From IMG/VR virus record IMGVR_UViG_3300021511_000004: DNA of 64,000 nucleotides. The stretch is one strand, 5' to 3'. This document shows positions 32,621-43,046 of this stretch, in pieces. Origin of the DNA: an uncultured virus (IMG/VR IMGVR_UViG_3300021511_000004). Taxonomy: Duplodnaviria; Heunggongvirae; Uroviricota; Caudoviricetes. Position numbers and translations under genes: made by a program. How positions within the stretch are numbered: the first letter of the stretch is position 1; each line of letters opens with the position of its first letter. The notes under the pieces are model-generated. The model was given only the letters and a program-made list of their open reading frames with translations, was not told the DNA's origin and did not search any database.

Positions 32621-33492
32621 TTTTCTCCTCTCTTATTCAATAAGCATTACTTGAATTGCTCCTCTTTCATGTTCATCGACTTCTATATAACATTTTGTTT
32701 TTGTCCAATCTCTAGTAGGTATAACGTAACAAGTTTTAATTTCATGAACCGGATAACAAAGCCCGTCATGTATAGTCATCACTTTTAAATCTGTGGGAGC
32801 TTGTTTTTAAACGTCTACGAACATCATCAATTGTTTTTAAGTCATATGCCATGATATATTCCTTTCATGTTTATTCGTTATCCCATTCTTTTCTCATTTT
32901 GTCTATGTTTTTCCATTTAATATATAAGTGCTGACATTTTGGACATTGACTGGGACCAGGATTGCTTTCCCATACAAACCCACACCTTAAACATCTATAT
33001 TTTGCTAAAGTTTTCATTATACCACCCAAGGTGTTATCATGTTTGTTGCAGTATTATTAATCCATTCAGTTTCTCTTACATATTTGATACCATTTGTAGA
33101 TGTGTGAATTTTTGCAATTAAAGAATTTGCTACTCCATACTTGCTCATGTAAGTAAGAGTCAAATATGATTCTGCATCTGGTGATTCTGATGGTCTTTTA
33201 GTCCCATCTAAATAATCTTTTACTTCCTCAGAATCCTTACTCATTTTAACCATCCATTGTTCACATATAAAAATAACAGCATCAGCCTCAGTATCGTGAG
33301 CAAGACTTACTGTTAAATTTGCAAGGTGTTGAATTGTGATTCCAGCCCACCCTACAATGGGATTTAACATATTATCTTTAATAATAAAGTATACAGGAGA
33401 AATTTGACCCTTTTCTGCTAAAATAATTGATGTTGTATTAAATAAGTCTTCTGCCATTTTTCTATCTTCATCGTTCATTTTGACTCCTTTTT

Positions 33493-33570
33493 TGGAGGCT
33501 CAGGTGGTGGGGATTGAACCCACGACGCAGGGATCTAGAGGCCCCCGCTCTGCCGCTGAGCTACTGAGCC
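33493..33570 (-). tRNA. Amber-reading tRNA (anticodon CUA), non-canonical
   Basis: GGCTCAG/CTGAGCC-U-CCA, normal D and T arms, loop CT-CTA-GA, extra CAC between T stem and acceptor. Confidence 0.7.
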
Positions 33571-33900
33571 TCATAACAAATCTATAAGACTTGCTAAATT
33601 ATAGTTATACATATAAAATGAATAAAATAAAATGAGAAATATATAAGCAGATCCTAAGTAAATTATTTCACGTTTGTTTAATATCTTTTTTAAAGCACGA
33701 GTTACTACATATGTTAGTAGAATAAGGAACGGAACTTTTAACAACAACATAGCTTCAACTGGTCCAATTAAGTTCATAACCCAATTAACAAAAGGATTAA
33801 GTTCCATCCCACCATTTTGTAATAATATACAAGTACTAACAAAGTCAAAAATATTTAAAATCCATAAAGCTATACATGCTGAAATAAGAAATAATTTCAT
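33571..33900 (-). CDS. Small membrane protein (DUF5658-like)
   Basis: LNIFDFVST...GGMELNPF; three hydrophobic helices. Confidence 0.65.
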   Translation of the reverse strand: MKLFLISACIALWILNIFDFVSTCILLQNGGMELNPFVNWVMNLIGPVEAMLLLKVPFLILLTYVVTRALKKILNKREIIYLGSAYIFLILFYSFYMYNYNLASLIDLL

Positions 33901-34090
33901 CTTTTCACTATACAGAAAAAGTAATCATTTGAACCAGCATCACCAACTAATAATTCAAGTTTGTGATCTTCCAATTCACCATCAATAGCTTCAAATATAG
34001 ATTCATCATTCATTAGAGCATGAGAATATACATTACCATTTTTGTCCTCTGGTATTGGTGTATCATGCGGAAATATTATTTCGGTTTCTT

Positions 34091-34384
34091 TCATAACAAA
34101 TTCAACCTTTCTACATGTTTACTACAAACTTCAGTAGCAATTGCTGTTATTTCATTATTCAAATCTGGCTCTCTAAACTCTATATAGGGAATATCTTCCC
34201 ATTCAAACTTTTGTTTGATATTTTCTAGTTGATTTAGTCCCTTAACACCCAAGTATATTAAGGTACCGTTTGACCAACGGAACGAAGGACCGCGAAGCAG
34301 GAATTCAGCAACTGCATGACCTGCTTGCACGGCCCTTTGTGATATTGAAAGATCCTTACGCACAATCACAAACAACTTCGTCAT
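34091..34384 (-). CDS. Peptidyl-tRNA hydrolase, Pth2 family
   Basis: KLFVIVRKDL..QRAVQAGHAV, LIYLGV, FREPDLNNEITAIA. Confidence 0.85.
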   Translation of the reverse strand: MTKLFVIVRKDLSISQRAVQAGHAVAEFLLRGPSFRWSNGTLIYLGVKGLNQLENIKQKFEWEDIPYIEFREPDLNNEITAIATEVCSKHVERLNLL

Positions 34385-34691
34385 CAATCTGATTCTCCCA
34401 CTCTTCTTTAATTTTATCAAGAAGATGAGAACTTGGTCTATTACCATCTCTTGGTTGTTCAATCATATCGTAAGGAGTGTTATTAAACATATTACAATAA
34501 ATAATGTGTCTATGTCTAAACTCCCAACCATAGTTATTCCAACCTTCATTATAACTATTACAAAGTTGTTTGGTTTTTTCAGAAGCTGAATCCCAATTTT
34601 TCGGTTTCCTTAATGGTTTACAGGTTCTGATTTTTTGTGCTAAAGATTTTTGTTCTTCTTTGATCTTGTGTTTTAATTCTTTGTACGTCAT
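34356..34691 (-). CDS. Hypothetical protein overlapping and upstream of Pth2
   Basis: GAGGAG SD; FRHRHIIY..PYDMIE motif. Confidence 0.7.
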   Translation of the reverse strand: MTYKELKHKIKEEQKSLAQKIRTCKPLRKPKNWDSASEKTKQLCNSYNEGWNNYGWEFRHRHIIYCNMFNNTPYDMIEQPRDGNRPSSHLLDKIKEEWENQIDDEVVCDCA

Positions 34692-34745
34692 GGATTCCTC
34701 TCCTCTTTTTCAGTTTTTTGATTTTAAGTTTTATCCAAAAACTGA

Positions 34746-34931
34746 TTAAGGAGGTCCACGACATATCTACGGATATGGTGGCCGTGCTATCTAATCATCA
34801 GTCCACTCTATATGGCATTCTTCACCACAACAAGCACACTCATGACCGCTGTCTTCATTAATATCGGCGGTATCTGTGGCTTCGTCTGTTGGATCGCCAG
34901 AAATGCCTATATCCTCACTTTTATCTTGCAT
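34746..34931 (-). CDS. Leader peptide (46 aa, acidic, Cys cluster) with amber-readthrough extension IARPPYP*ICRGPP
   Basis: AAGGAG SD, ATG at 34931, TAG at 34791-3 and 34767-9, TAA at 34746-8. Confidence 0.65.
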
Positions 34932-35667
34932 TATTATACTCCTTTGTCCTTCATGTTATTTTCTTTTTGGTATTAAACACTATAATACCTCCCGTTTTAT
35001 TTTTGTTCTAAGTTTTATCAGATGTTATCTTGTTGAAGCCTTTGACGTCTTAATATAATACGAAGCATATCTTCATTATTCTGTAGTTGTAACTTCTTCC
35101 AAAAATTGTATCGTCTAATATAATCTGTTGATGGAGTATTATCAAATCTAACTCCAATTTGATAAGTATGTACTGTTTGTCTAAGAAGAGTTCTTAAGTT
35201 TTCTTTGGCTTCACATATAGCAGTACAATTATTTATTAACATACACGTATGATACGGATTCTGCATAATTCAAATATATCCTATTTAAAATTCTGTTGAT
35301 TTCTTGATGGTTGATTTTTTGCAGGTTTATTGTTTTTTGCCAATGAATGAATATATTATTTGAAATTTTTTTCCTTTGATGACCATTTATTGACAAGACA
35401 TGAGGATGAAGACCATCTAATATTTTATTTAGTTCTTCTCTATAATTCTCTTTGTCTTTGCAGAGCTGTGTGCAACATGAGTTAACTATACAACTATTAC
35501 ATGGATTTTTCACGTTTAATCCAATCTGCTCCTCCATACCAAAAACAAGATGTGAATGGTTTTCTGCAGCATTCACATACAGACTCAAAAATCATGTTTC
35601 GACTAGAAGGAAGTTTATATTTTTTTTGACATTCTTTGCAGTATAACATATAATTCCTTTCAAAGGT

Positions 35668-35756
35668 TGGTGAGGGGTGAAGGAATTGAACCTCTCGTCT
35701 CCCTCCCGTACGTTTTATGACACCGAGTTTACAGCCCGGCAATAGGAACACCCCCC
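35668..35756 (-). tRNA. tRNA-Tyr(GUA)-like lacking a D arm
   Basis: Acceptor, anticodon arm CCGGG-CT-GTA-AA-CTCGG, T arm, ACCA; only 10 nt in the D region. Confidence 0.7.
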
Positions 35757-36068
35757 ATAATTCCATGTAACAATCATGCGTAAATATTTGAACTGTTCAG
35801 TATAACTTAAATGTGGATTGAAAAATCCTTTATATATAAAATAGCTTGCACCAGGTACTTCTAGCAAATAATCATCTTTTTGTAATTTACTCATAATTTT
35901 AACTATCTGCAAGGGACCTGTATAATCTTTAACTTTTGTTATCATCTCAATCCAATCCAGTTTCTTTTTTCCATAACATTTAGCACATATTACTTTGTAA
36001 CATCTTTCAGAATAACAAACTAACTCATCCCATCCTTTACCTTGACACCTTGGACACTTTTCTTTCAT
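35715..36068 (-). CDS. DnaJ-type Zn-finger family protein
   Basis: CPRCQGKG...CAKCYGKKKLDWIE; 3' end overlaps the tRNA-Tyr-like gene. Confidence 0.65.
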   Translation of the reverse strand: MKEKCPRCQGKGWDELVCYSERCYKVICAKCYGKKKLDWIEMITKVKDYTGPLQIVKIMSKLQKDDYLLEVPGASYFIYKGFFNPHLSYTEQFKYLRMIVTWNYGGCSYCRAVNSVS

Positions 36069-36972
36069 GGTCTAACCTTTTCCTTTCGATTACGTATCTA
36101 ACAACATCTCCAAAATTATCAAATTTAATTCGTTTAAAATATGTTCTTATATAAAAGTAAAATGGCCCAAATCTTTTTTTAACTCTATAACAATTACCTT
36201 TCTCAATGATACGGTAATTTCTATTTTTTAGTTTTGCTTCCCCATGATTTATTTCTCCCTGGTGGTTTTATATAACATCCTTTTATAGTCTCTGTGATAT
36301 GCACTATTGCACCCCATGCGGATACACCACCTTGTTATTGGAGTCTTAAGAAATAATAAACCACAATATTTACAATATAACCATGGGGTGCCTTTTAATT
36401 TAACCGGTCCATGTCGTTCATATGAATATATTATCTTTTCGTCCGCTATCTCTGCTGGGACCCAGTATCCACCTTTCGGCATGGTTTTATAATGGTGTTC
36501 CCTTTGGAATAATATTATCATTCCTTTCACGAAGCACAGTTTCAGATAAATCTAATGACTGCAGGTTTTTGCCAATTACAGAATTATCAATATAGCTATT
36601 TGTTACAATCCAGTTTCTCTGACTTGCATATAAATGAAGACCACATTCCGGACAAATTAAATGATAAGATTCAAGACAATTATTTCTAAACATACATTCT
36701 GCATTTTCTGATTTACAATTTGGGCATATTGCCGTATCTCCGTACCATCCCATAATCATATCCTTTCATTTTTCTTTTAATTCACTACATTCTTTTGGTT
36801 TCTTAACATGACCATCTTTATCATATTCTATATCAAAACCAAATCTACAAGTAGGATGACCACCTTCATTATCAAAATAGTTACATATTTTACCATACCC
36901 CCAACAATATTCTCCATCTGAAACTTGAATAGGCAGTAATACAGTTTTATATAATTTTTTATGTGTCATGAG

Positions 36973-38187
36973 TTAAAATCCAGTTTTCTTATTTATCCCT
37001 CTCTTAGGTGCTATTGTTATGTTTCTTGTTTTTTGACCAATATTATATAACTCACTTATAGGATAATCCTTATTTTCAAGATCTGATGTTTCACCAATAA
37101 GTTTAAGTAAAATTAATGATTCATCTTTAGTTAGTGGTCTTGTTTTGATAATATCAAAACATCTACCAGGTCTTAATAATGCTTCATCAATATTATTTAT
37201 ATTGGGCAAGTTTGTTGATAAGATGATTTTTTTCTCTTTCATATAATTAGAAGCTATCCCATTTGAAATATTTAATAGATGATACATTGATGTGTTTCCG
37301 TCAGTTCTTGGTGTTAAATGAAAATCTACATCTTCAAGAATTAATGTTTCATAATCACCCGTTAAAAATTTAGTAAATATATAACCATCTTCTATAATTT
37401 TTTGATCTGATGTAAAAATACATTCTACTTCTGATTTTTCATTTAAAGACGCTTTATATTTTAATATATTTCTAATCAATCTTGTTTTTCCAGTTCCTGG
37501 AGGCCCGAGAAATATAAGTATTGGAGAATCTGATGCATTAAATTCTTTATTCAATTTTTCAATATCTATATATGGATATGCCTCAGAATAAAAAATATCG
37601 TTTAAATCTTCCTCCAAACTAAAAAACTTTATTTGCCCATCTAACATAGCGCCCCAATGCAAAGAAGCTCTCTCTACTGTTGGTCTTAAAACATCTTTAA
37701 ACTTTTGTCTTATATACTCATATTCAGCATCTATACCATCTATGTTATCTGTACTTGTTTCTATATATACATTAGTATAAATAGAAAAGTCTATATTAAT
37801 TCTATGAAGAAAATCATCATGGAGTAATATGACAATAGTTGGAGAAGCTATATGAATTGTAATAATTTCTCCTAATTTTTTTATATAGTTATCTATTATA
37901 GAATCACTACCCAATTTTTTTAAAAAGAATTGGGTATTAAATCCAAACTTAAAAGATTTCCCCTTAATTCTTTCTCTTACGACTTCTATTTTATGTGTGT
38001 CAATTAGAGTTATATATAAATCTCTAAAATGATATGCTGGCATAACAACAGATGTTTCTTGACTGCTTATTTTAGGAGGAGTCTCTTCTATTTTATATCC
38101 AGAGCATTCGTCTGCAGTGGGAATATCTTCGTTTATTGAAAAATCTTTTCCATCTTCATTCGATGTCGTTGGTTCATTACTATTCAT
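36973..38187 (-). CDS. AAA+ ATPase
   Basis: GPPGTGKT, LILEDVD, STN, IDEALLRPGRCFD. Confidence 0.9.
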   Translation of the reverse strand: MNSNEPTTSNEDGKDFSINEDIPTADECSGYKIEETPPKISSQETSVVMPAYHFRDLYITLIDTHKIEVVRERIKGKSFKFGFNTQFFLKKLGSDSIIDNYIKKLGEIITIHIASPTIVILLHDDFLHRINIDFSIYTNVYIETSTDNIDGIDAEYEYIRQKFKDVLRPTVERASLHWGAMLDGQIKFFSLEEDLNDIFYSEAYPYIDIEKLNKEFNASDSPILIFLGPPGTGKTRLIRNILKYKASLNEKSEVECIFTSDQKIIEDGYIFTKFLTGDYETLILEDVDFHLTPRTDGNTSMYHLLNISNGIASNYMKEKKIILSTNLPNINNIDEALLRPGRCFDIIKTRPLTKDESLILLKLIGETSDLENKDYPISELYNIGQKTRNITIAPKRGINKKTGF

Positions 38188-38210
38188 TAATTATCCTTTC
38201 ATTTAAAAAT

Positions 38211-38287
38211 TGATAGGCGCGGCAGGAGTCGAACCTGCGTACTTCACCTTGTAAGGATGACGGCTAGCCTCTCGCCTTCACGCGCCC
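38211..38287 (-). tRNA. tRNA-Val(UAC)
   Basis: Cloverleaf; 3' end TCA rather than CCA. Confidence 0.85.
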
Positions 38288-38987
38288 TTAGAGCATTAAT
38301 GCAAACGTTGCTCTTAATTGTAACCATGTAAAATATTTAGGTCTTTGATATATAGCAAGTTTGACAAATTGGATTTGAATATATGGCATTACTTCATCGT
38401 ATTCACAAAGATCTGAGATCCAAAATAAAAACATTATAGATCCTCAAAAATTAAAATAACTGTTAAAATAATACCGCCCATAAATAATAGAAATTGTGCC
38501 CACCCAATAACTACAGCGAATATAACGAATATAGCAAGTTCTTGCCAGAACCCAAAGGGATTTATTAAAAATCTAACTCCAAGATATATCCAAGCAGGAA
38601 TTAGAGCAATCACCCACACTAAGGCCCCAATTAATATTTTAGCCACGAAGTTTGAATTTGCAAATCTTTTCAAAGACCGAATAAGGTTATTTTTTCTTAG
38701 ACTTTCTTTGTTTGGTAATAACATTATAATTTCCTTTCTCCCGTTTTCGGAATGTTACATCATAATTATTTCGATAATTTTCATTAGTTGCTTTATGTTC
38801 AGGAGTCATCATGTTTTCAGCCACTATATATCTCCTTTTTAATCCATTTTGATTCTTTTTCATATTCTTCTTTATAAGAACAATTATTACAAATAATTTT
38901 TTTTAACTCAAGACCAGCATCAAGATGTTCTTCAGCATTTTTATCGCCACAATTTGGGCATATTATAGTAGATACTAACCACATATT

Positions 38988-39680
38988 TTATACTTTTCCT
39001 TTCAACAGATATTCTAAATATTGTTTATGTGTTATTGTATAATAGTCTCCAAATTGAGCAACCCTTGTTCTTGGCCTGTACATTTCTTTGAAATCTACAA
39101 CATCTGCTTTAAAATTTTTTAGATTTGGTTTAGCAAGTGCTATAGCTTTAATAAAGATCTCTGGATGCATTACAGCTGATCCCATATTTACAAAATGAAA
39201 ATTCTCTTTTTTAAATCTTGCAAATAAAGTTAAAAATCCTAAATGAGATTTATCAGAAAGAAGATCCCAATCTTGTGTAAATAATTTTAATATGTGCCAA
39301 AAATCAGCTCCGGGTGTTGTAAAAAGAAGGACTGGAATATTCATATCTTCACATAATCTTGTTACAGATCCTTCTGGGGTTAAATGACTTCTATTTTCAT
39401 CTGGACATTTTATTGAAGTCCATAACCAATCCCAAAGTAAATTAGATGTTGGTTTAAGCCAATCAAGAGATTCTAATAATTTTTCAATAGGATAAGAATG
39501 ACCTTCTAGATTTTTATCAGTTGGTATTTGAAAGTCATGAAATATTGATCCGCCATTATGAATTAACATTTCTACCTTATCTTGTTTTATGACTTCGATC
39601 AATTCTTTTTGGGCAGTCTTTATAACAGCACCACCAATCGCTAAGATTTTTTTCATAACTAGTCTTTCATATATCCCCAT
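38988..39680 (-). CDS. Deoxyhypusine-synthase-fold hypothetical protein
   Basis: GGAVIK, HNGGSIFHDF, GADFWH, GSAVMHPEIFIKA, YRP. Confidence 0.55.
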   Translation of the reverse strand: MGIYERLVMKKILAIGGAVIKTAQKELIEVIKQDKVEMLIHNGGSIFHDFQIPTDKNLEGHSYPIEKLLESLDWLKPTSNLLWDWLWTSIKCPDENRSHLTPEGSVTRLCEDMNIPVLLFTTPGADFWHILKLFTQDWDLLSDKSHLGFLTLFARFKKENFHFVNMGSAVMHPEIFIKAIALAKPNLKNFKADVVDFKEMYRPRTRVAQFGDYYTITHKQYLEYLLKGKV

Positions 39681-40151
39681 TCAAGATCTTCGGGCTGGTC
39701 TCCATAAAGTTTTTCTAACCTTTCAATGGCGAGGCTTACTTCTTCTGGCATGACAAAACCTCCGACAAAACCACTTCCTTGTTTGTTCCATTTTGGGTCC
39801 GTCTCGCTATGTAAGAACCAACTTCCTTCTCTAACCGGTTTAAACATTGCCATGAGTCATCTCCTTTCATTTCAATCCAGTTAAAATCACCCTTAGCTAA
39901 GACCAAACCTTTCCAATATGAGCTAATCATTGTATCAACCACTGGTTTTATACATTTAAATAACTCTGATGGTATCCCTTCCTCTTTCTCAGATACAGAG
40001 TAACCTAAAACGTGATTAGTCTTTGAGATCTTACATTTAAAAAGGTTCACTGGAGCATTGAAATAAGTTTCATCACATTCTTCAACATATAAAGTTCCAC
40101 TTATACTTCTAAGAAATGGACTTATATTGTCATATTCAATTCGTATGCGTA

Positions 40152-40670
40152 TCATTTGTCTTCCACAAATTCATCACATGAACAATACTTACATCCACAA
40201 CAAGCCATATTTTCATATGTATCAAAATGTCTATAATAAGGATGACCACATTGGCATACACGATCATCTCCATATTTTGGATTATACTGTCGTAATACAT
40301 GTATCTCTTCTATATAAATATATGGTTGTTCTATAGATTTTGGAGTTCGTATCATTACGTTAGGTTCTTTAAACATTATAAAACCAGAAGCTCTAAAAAA
40401 GCTCTTTAAAGCATCTAAATCTCTTTTTCCATAAGGATTTAGTTCATTGTATATTGTAGCATTTAGTTGATCCATATAACGACAGACCTCAATCATTAAC
40501 TCTTTTCCTTCACCTGTGCCTTCAAATTCAGATCTTACTTTTATTCTGTGAAAATAGAATGCTGGTCCTTCTATTTCTTCCATTGGAAATGTTGAGGATA
40601 GTTCTGCTACTGAACCATTTTCTGTCATAATAGAAATTTGATTACTTTTATAACTTGATAAAATTATCAT
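40152..40670 (-). CDS. GNAT acetyltransferase with C-terminal Cys/His Zn module
   Basis: VRSEFEGTGEGKELM, FFRASGF; CQCGHPYYRH. Confidence 0.65.
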   Translation of the reverse strand: MIILSSYKSNQISIMTENGSVAELSSTFPMEEIEGPAFYFHRIKVRSEFEGTGEGKELMIEVCRYMDQLNATIYNELNPYGKRDLDALKSFFRASGFIMFKEPNVMIRTPKSIEQPYIYIEEIHVLRQYNPKYGDDRVCQCGHPYYRHFDTYENMACCGCKYCSCDEFVEDK

Positions 40671-40827
40671 TTTATCCTTTCCTTAAGAATTTCATCAATA
40701 AGTTCTTTCCACTCTGGTCTTTTCTTTTTTAATTTCAATAGATCATCACCTGATTTTTCTTTAAGCTGAGATATTAACCGCCTGCTTTCAGATATTGAGG
40801 CAAACATAATAAACTCCTTTCAAAAGT

Positions 40828-40916
40828 TGGCGGAGGGGACAGGATTCGAACCTGCAAGGCTTTTGACACCCGACGGCTTTCAAGGCCGCTGTCACACCAT
40901 ACTTGACCACCCCTCC
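40828..40916 (-). tRNA. tRNA-Ser(UGA)
   Basis: Class II cloverleaf, G73. Confidence 0.93.
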
Positions 40917-41683
40917 ATTAATTACAATACTTGCAATAATCAACTGGACTATTCGGAGGACTAAATCTTTTACACCGATCACAATATGTCCAGTGCCCAG
41001 TTAATGCCAAGTCCAGTTTTCTTATATAATATTTAATTCGTGTTATCCAATTCCAAAACATACTATTTTATTAAACCTCTTTGGTTTTTCAGTTATTTTC
41101 TCATATCTATTTGAATCTAAACTCCACTCAAACCAGATTTCATTCCTTGGGAAAAAATAAACTCCCTCCCCGATTTCCTCAATAACACAATATGGATAAT
41201 AACCTTCTTCAAATATATCACAAGCATTATTTTCAACAATTTCTTCTGCTTCTGATAGTTTAAAATAGAATCCGACACATCTAGCTCTATTAGGAAGATC
41301 ATCTCTAAGAGTCGTTATTGTAAATATACTTTGTTTTTCTTCTGTCATAATTTATTCCTTTTCAATCCTGCTAAGAAGTCTTTAAGGTTTTCTTTTGTTA
41401 TTGGAACTATATCGAAGTCATGTTCATAATTATCTGTTATCAATAAAACTCTTTCTAATTGTTCCAAACATTGAGCTAAACCTATACCAAGTGTAAAATG
41501 ACTTACAACTTCTCCAGTTTTTAATTTATTAAAAAGAGTTTTTACATAATTAAGAGTTTTTTGATCTTGTGTATAATCACACGCTTCTTTTATATGTACA
41601 TTTTCTTTTAATAATGGAATTAATTCATTGAATTCAAGATTTTCAACATTCACTATCCATGCCATCATTTACCCCCTTTCAAA

Positions 41684-41771
41684 TGGCGGTGGGTACAGGA
41701 TTTGAACCTGTGGGGCTGTTACACCCTACTGCTTAGCAGGCAGCTTCCTTACCAGACTCGGACAACCCACC
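41684..41771 (-). tRNA. tRNA-Ser(GCU)
   Basis: Class II cloverleaf, G73. Confidence 0.93.
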
Positions 41772-42391
41772 TTTCGTTAAACCTGCCTCATATTTCCAGT
41801 AAGATACCATATTCTCATACCAATCAATAAGATAACCCATATAAATCCAATAATATTAAAGAATCTACTATCGGTTAATACTGCAATTGAGTCAGATAAA
41901 AGAAATGGTGCCATTGTTCCCAGGGCTATAAAAAATCGTTTTGGTTCTTTTACTTGATCATATTTATAGTTTAATTATGATATAAATCTTATTACTGAAA
42001 TTATCATTTCCATATACATTATTTCACCTTTTCTTTTTAATTAACTTTTTCCCCTCTTTAAGAGCTGCTATGAAATCATTAATATCATCTTCACCTTGTA
42101 TAATAAAGGATTCGTCAAGTTCAACATATCCTGTAAAAAGCATTTTAAAAGAACATTTTATTCTCTTCCAAGTCCTTCCAAATAAATTAAGATTTCCCCA
42201 GTGAGAACACCAAGCAATGTTTTTATGAAAGTTCAAAAAAAGCATTGAAGGGATATCTTCATCTATTTCAAACTCGATAGTAATATCATGTTCATTAGAA
42301 CCACAAGAGCAAGCAGCACGATAAAATATAGAATCTTTAAACTCGTCTGTTTTCATTACATTTTTGCTTATCATGTTTCTCCTTAAAATAT

Positions 42392-42411
42392 GGGGGCTTA
42401 ATTAAGCCCCC
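42392..42411. terminator. Palindromic hairpin after tRNA-Met
   Basis: GGGGGCTTAATTAAGCCCCC. Confidence 0.55.
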
Positions 42412-42419
42412 TTTAAAAT

Positions 42420-42495
42420 TGGTAGCGGGGACGGGACTCGAACCCGTGATTGACAGGATATGAGCCTGTCTTGCTAGCCGCTGCATCACCCCGCA
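42420..42495 (-). tRNA. tRNA-Met(CAU), initiator-like 1:72 mismatch
   Basis: TGCGGGG/CCCCGCT-ACCA. Confidence 0.9.
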
Positions 42496-42977
42496 TTAAG
42501 ACTTTTTGTTTTGCGTTTTCTTTGTTTTTCAGCCAAGATCTTTCTTGCTTTTTTGGTATGAGTTCTTCCTCTAAATGCAAAGTTGGGAGTTAACCAGTGA
42601 CAATTCAAACATAGTATTTGTACATTTTCTCTTTTCCAATTAGTATTATCACCATCAATATGATGAATTTGAAAAGGCCCCTTTCCTGTTTTTGGATCGG
42701 TGTACTCAAATAAGCAATTTTGGCACTTATTACCGTTTTCTTCAAATAGAGTTTTTACCCTGAGTCTTCGAGACCACTTCTCAAAAGGAATAGTCTTTAC
42801 AATTTCTTGTTTCTTTTTATTTTGATATTCTATTTGCCCCAGTCTACATTTTTCACCAAAATCATCTGGAAGAATTCTTGGTTTTCTTATTCTTATTCCA
42901 CTTTTTATCTTTTTGGAATGTTCTTTTCTTCTTTCGATAGTCCACCATTCTTTATCATTAGCACCAATCTTTTTCAT
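42486..42977 (-). CDS. HNH endonuclease overlapping tRNA-Met
   Basis: CQNC..QIHHIDGDNTN..NVQILCLNCH. Confidence 0.88.
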   Translation of the reverse strand: MKKIGANDKEWWTIERRKEHSKKIKSGIRIRKPRILPDDFGEKCRLGQIEYQNKKKQEIVKTIPFEKWSRRLRVKTLFEENGNKCQNCLFEYTDPKTGKGPFQIHHIDGDNTNWKRENVQILCLNCHWLTPNFAFRGRTHTKKARKILAEKQRKRKTKSLNAG

Positions 42978-43008
42978 TGCTGGTCTAACTCCTTTTTATA
43001 TTTATGTT

Positions 43009-43038
43009 CTGAGATAGACCAGACTTCTCAACCGCGCA
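43009..43038 (-). pseudogene. Orphan tRNA 5' half (acceptor strand + D arm)
   Basis: TGCGCGG-TT-GAGA-AGTCTGGTCTA-TCTC-AG upstream of the HNH gene. Confidence 0.6.
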
Positions 43039-43046
43039 TTCAAACT

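Noticed and set aside
33493..33570. tRNA-Pyl
   Set aside because: Has a standard D loop (GG), TTC T loop and 5-nt variable loop, with U73; no pyl genes seen
40828..40916. Opal suppressor or tRNA-Sec
   Set aside because: Anticodon is UGA (reads UCA Ser codons), not UCA
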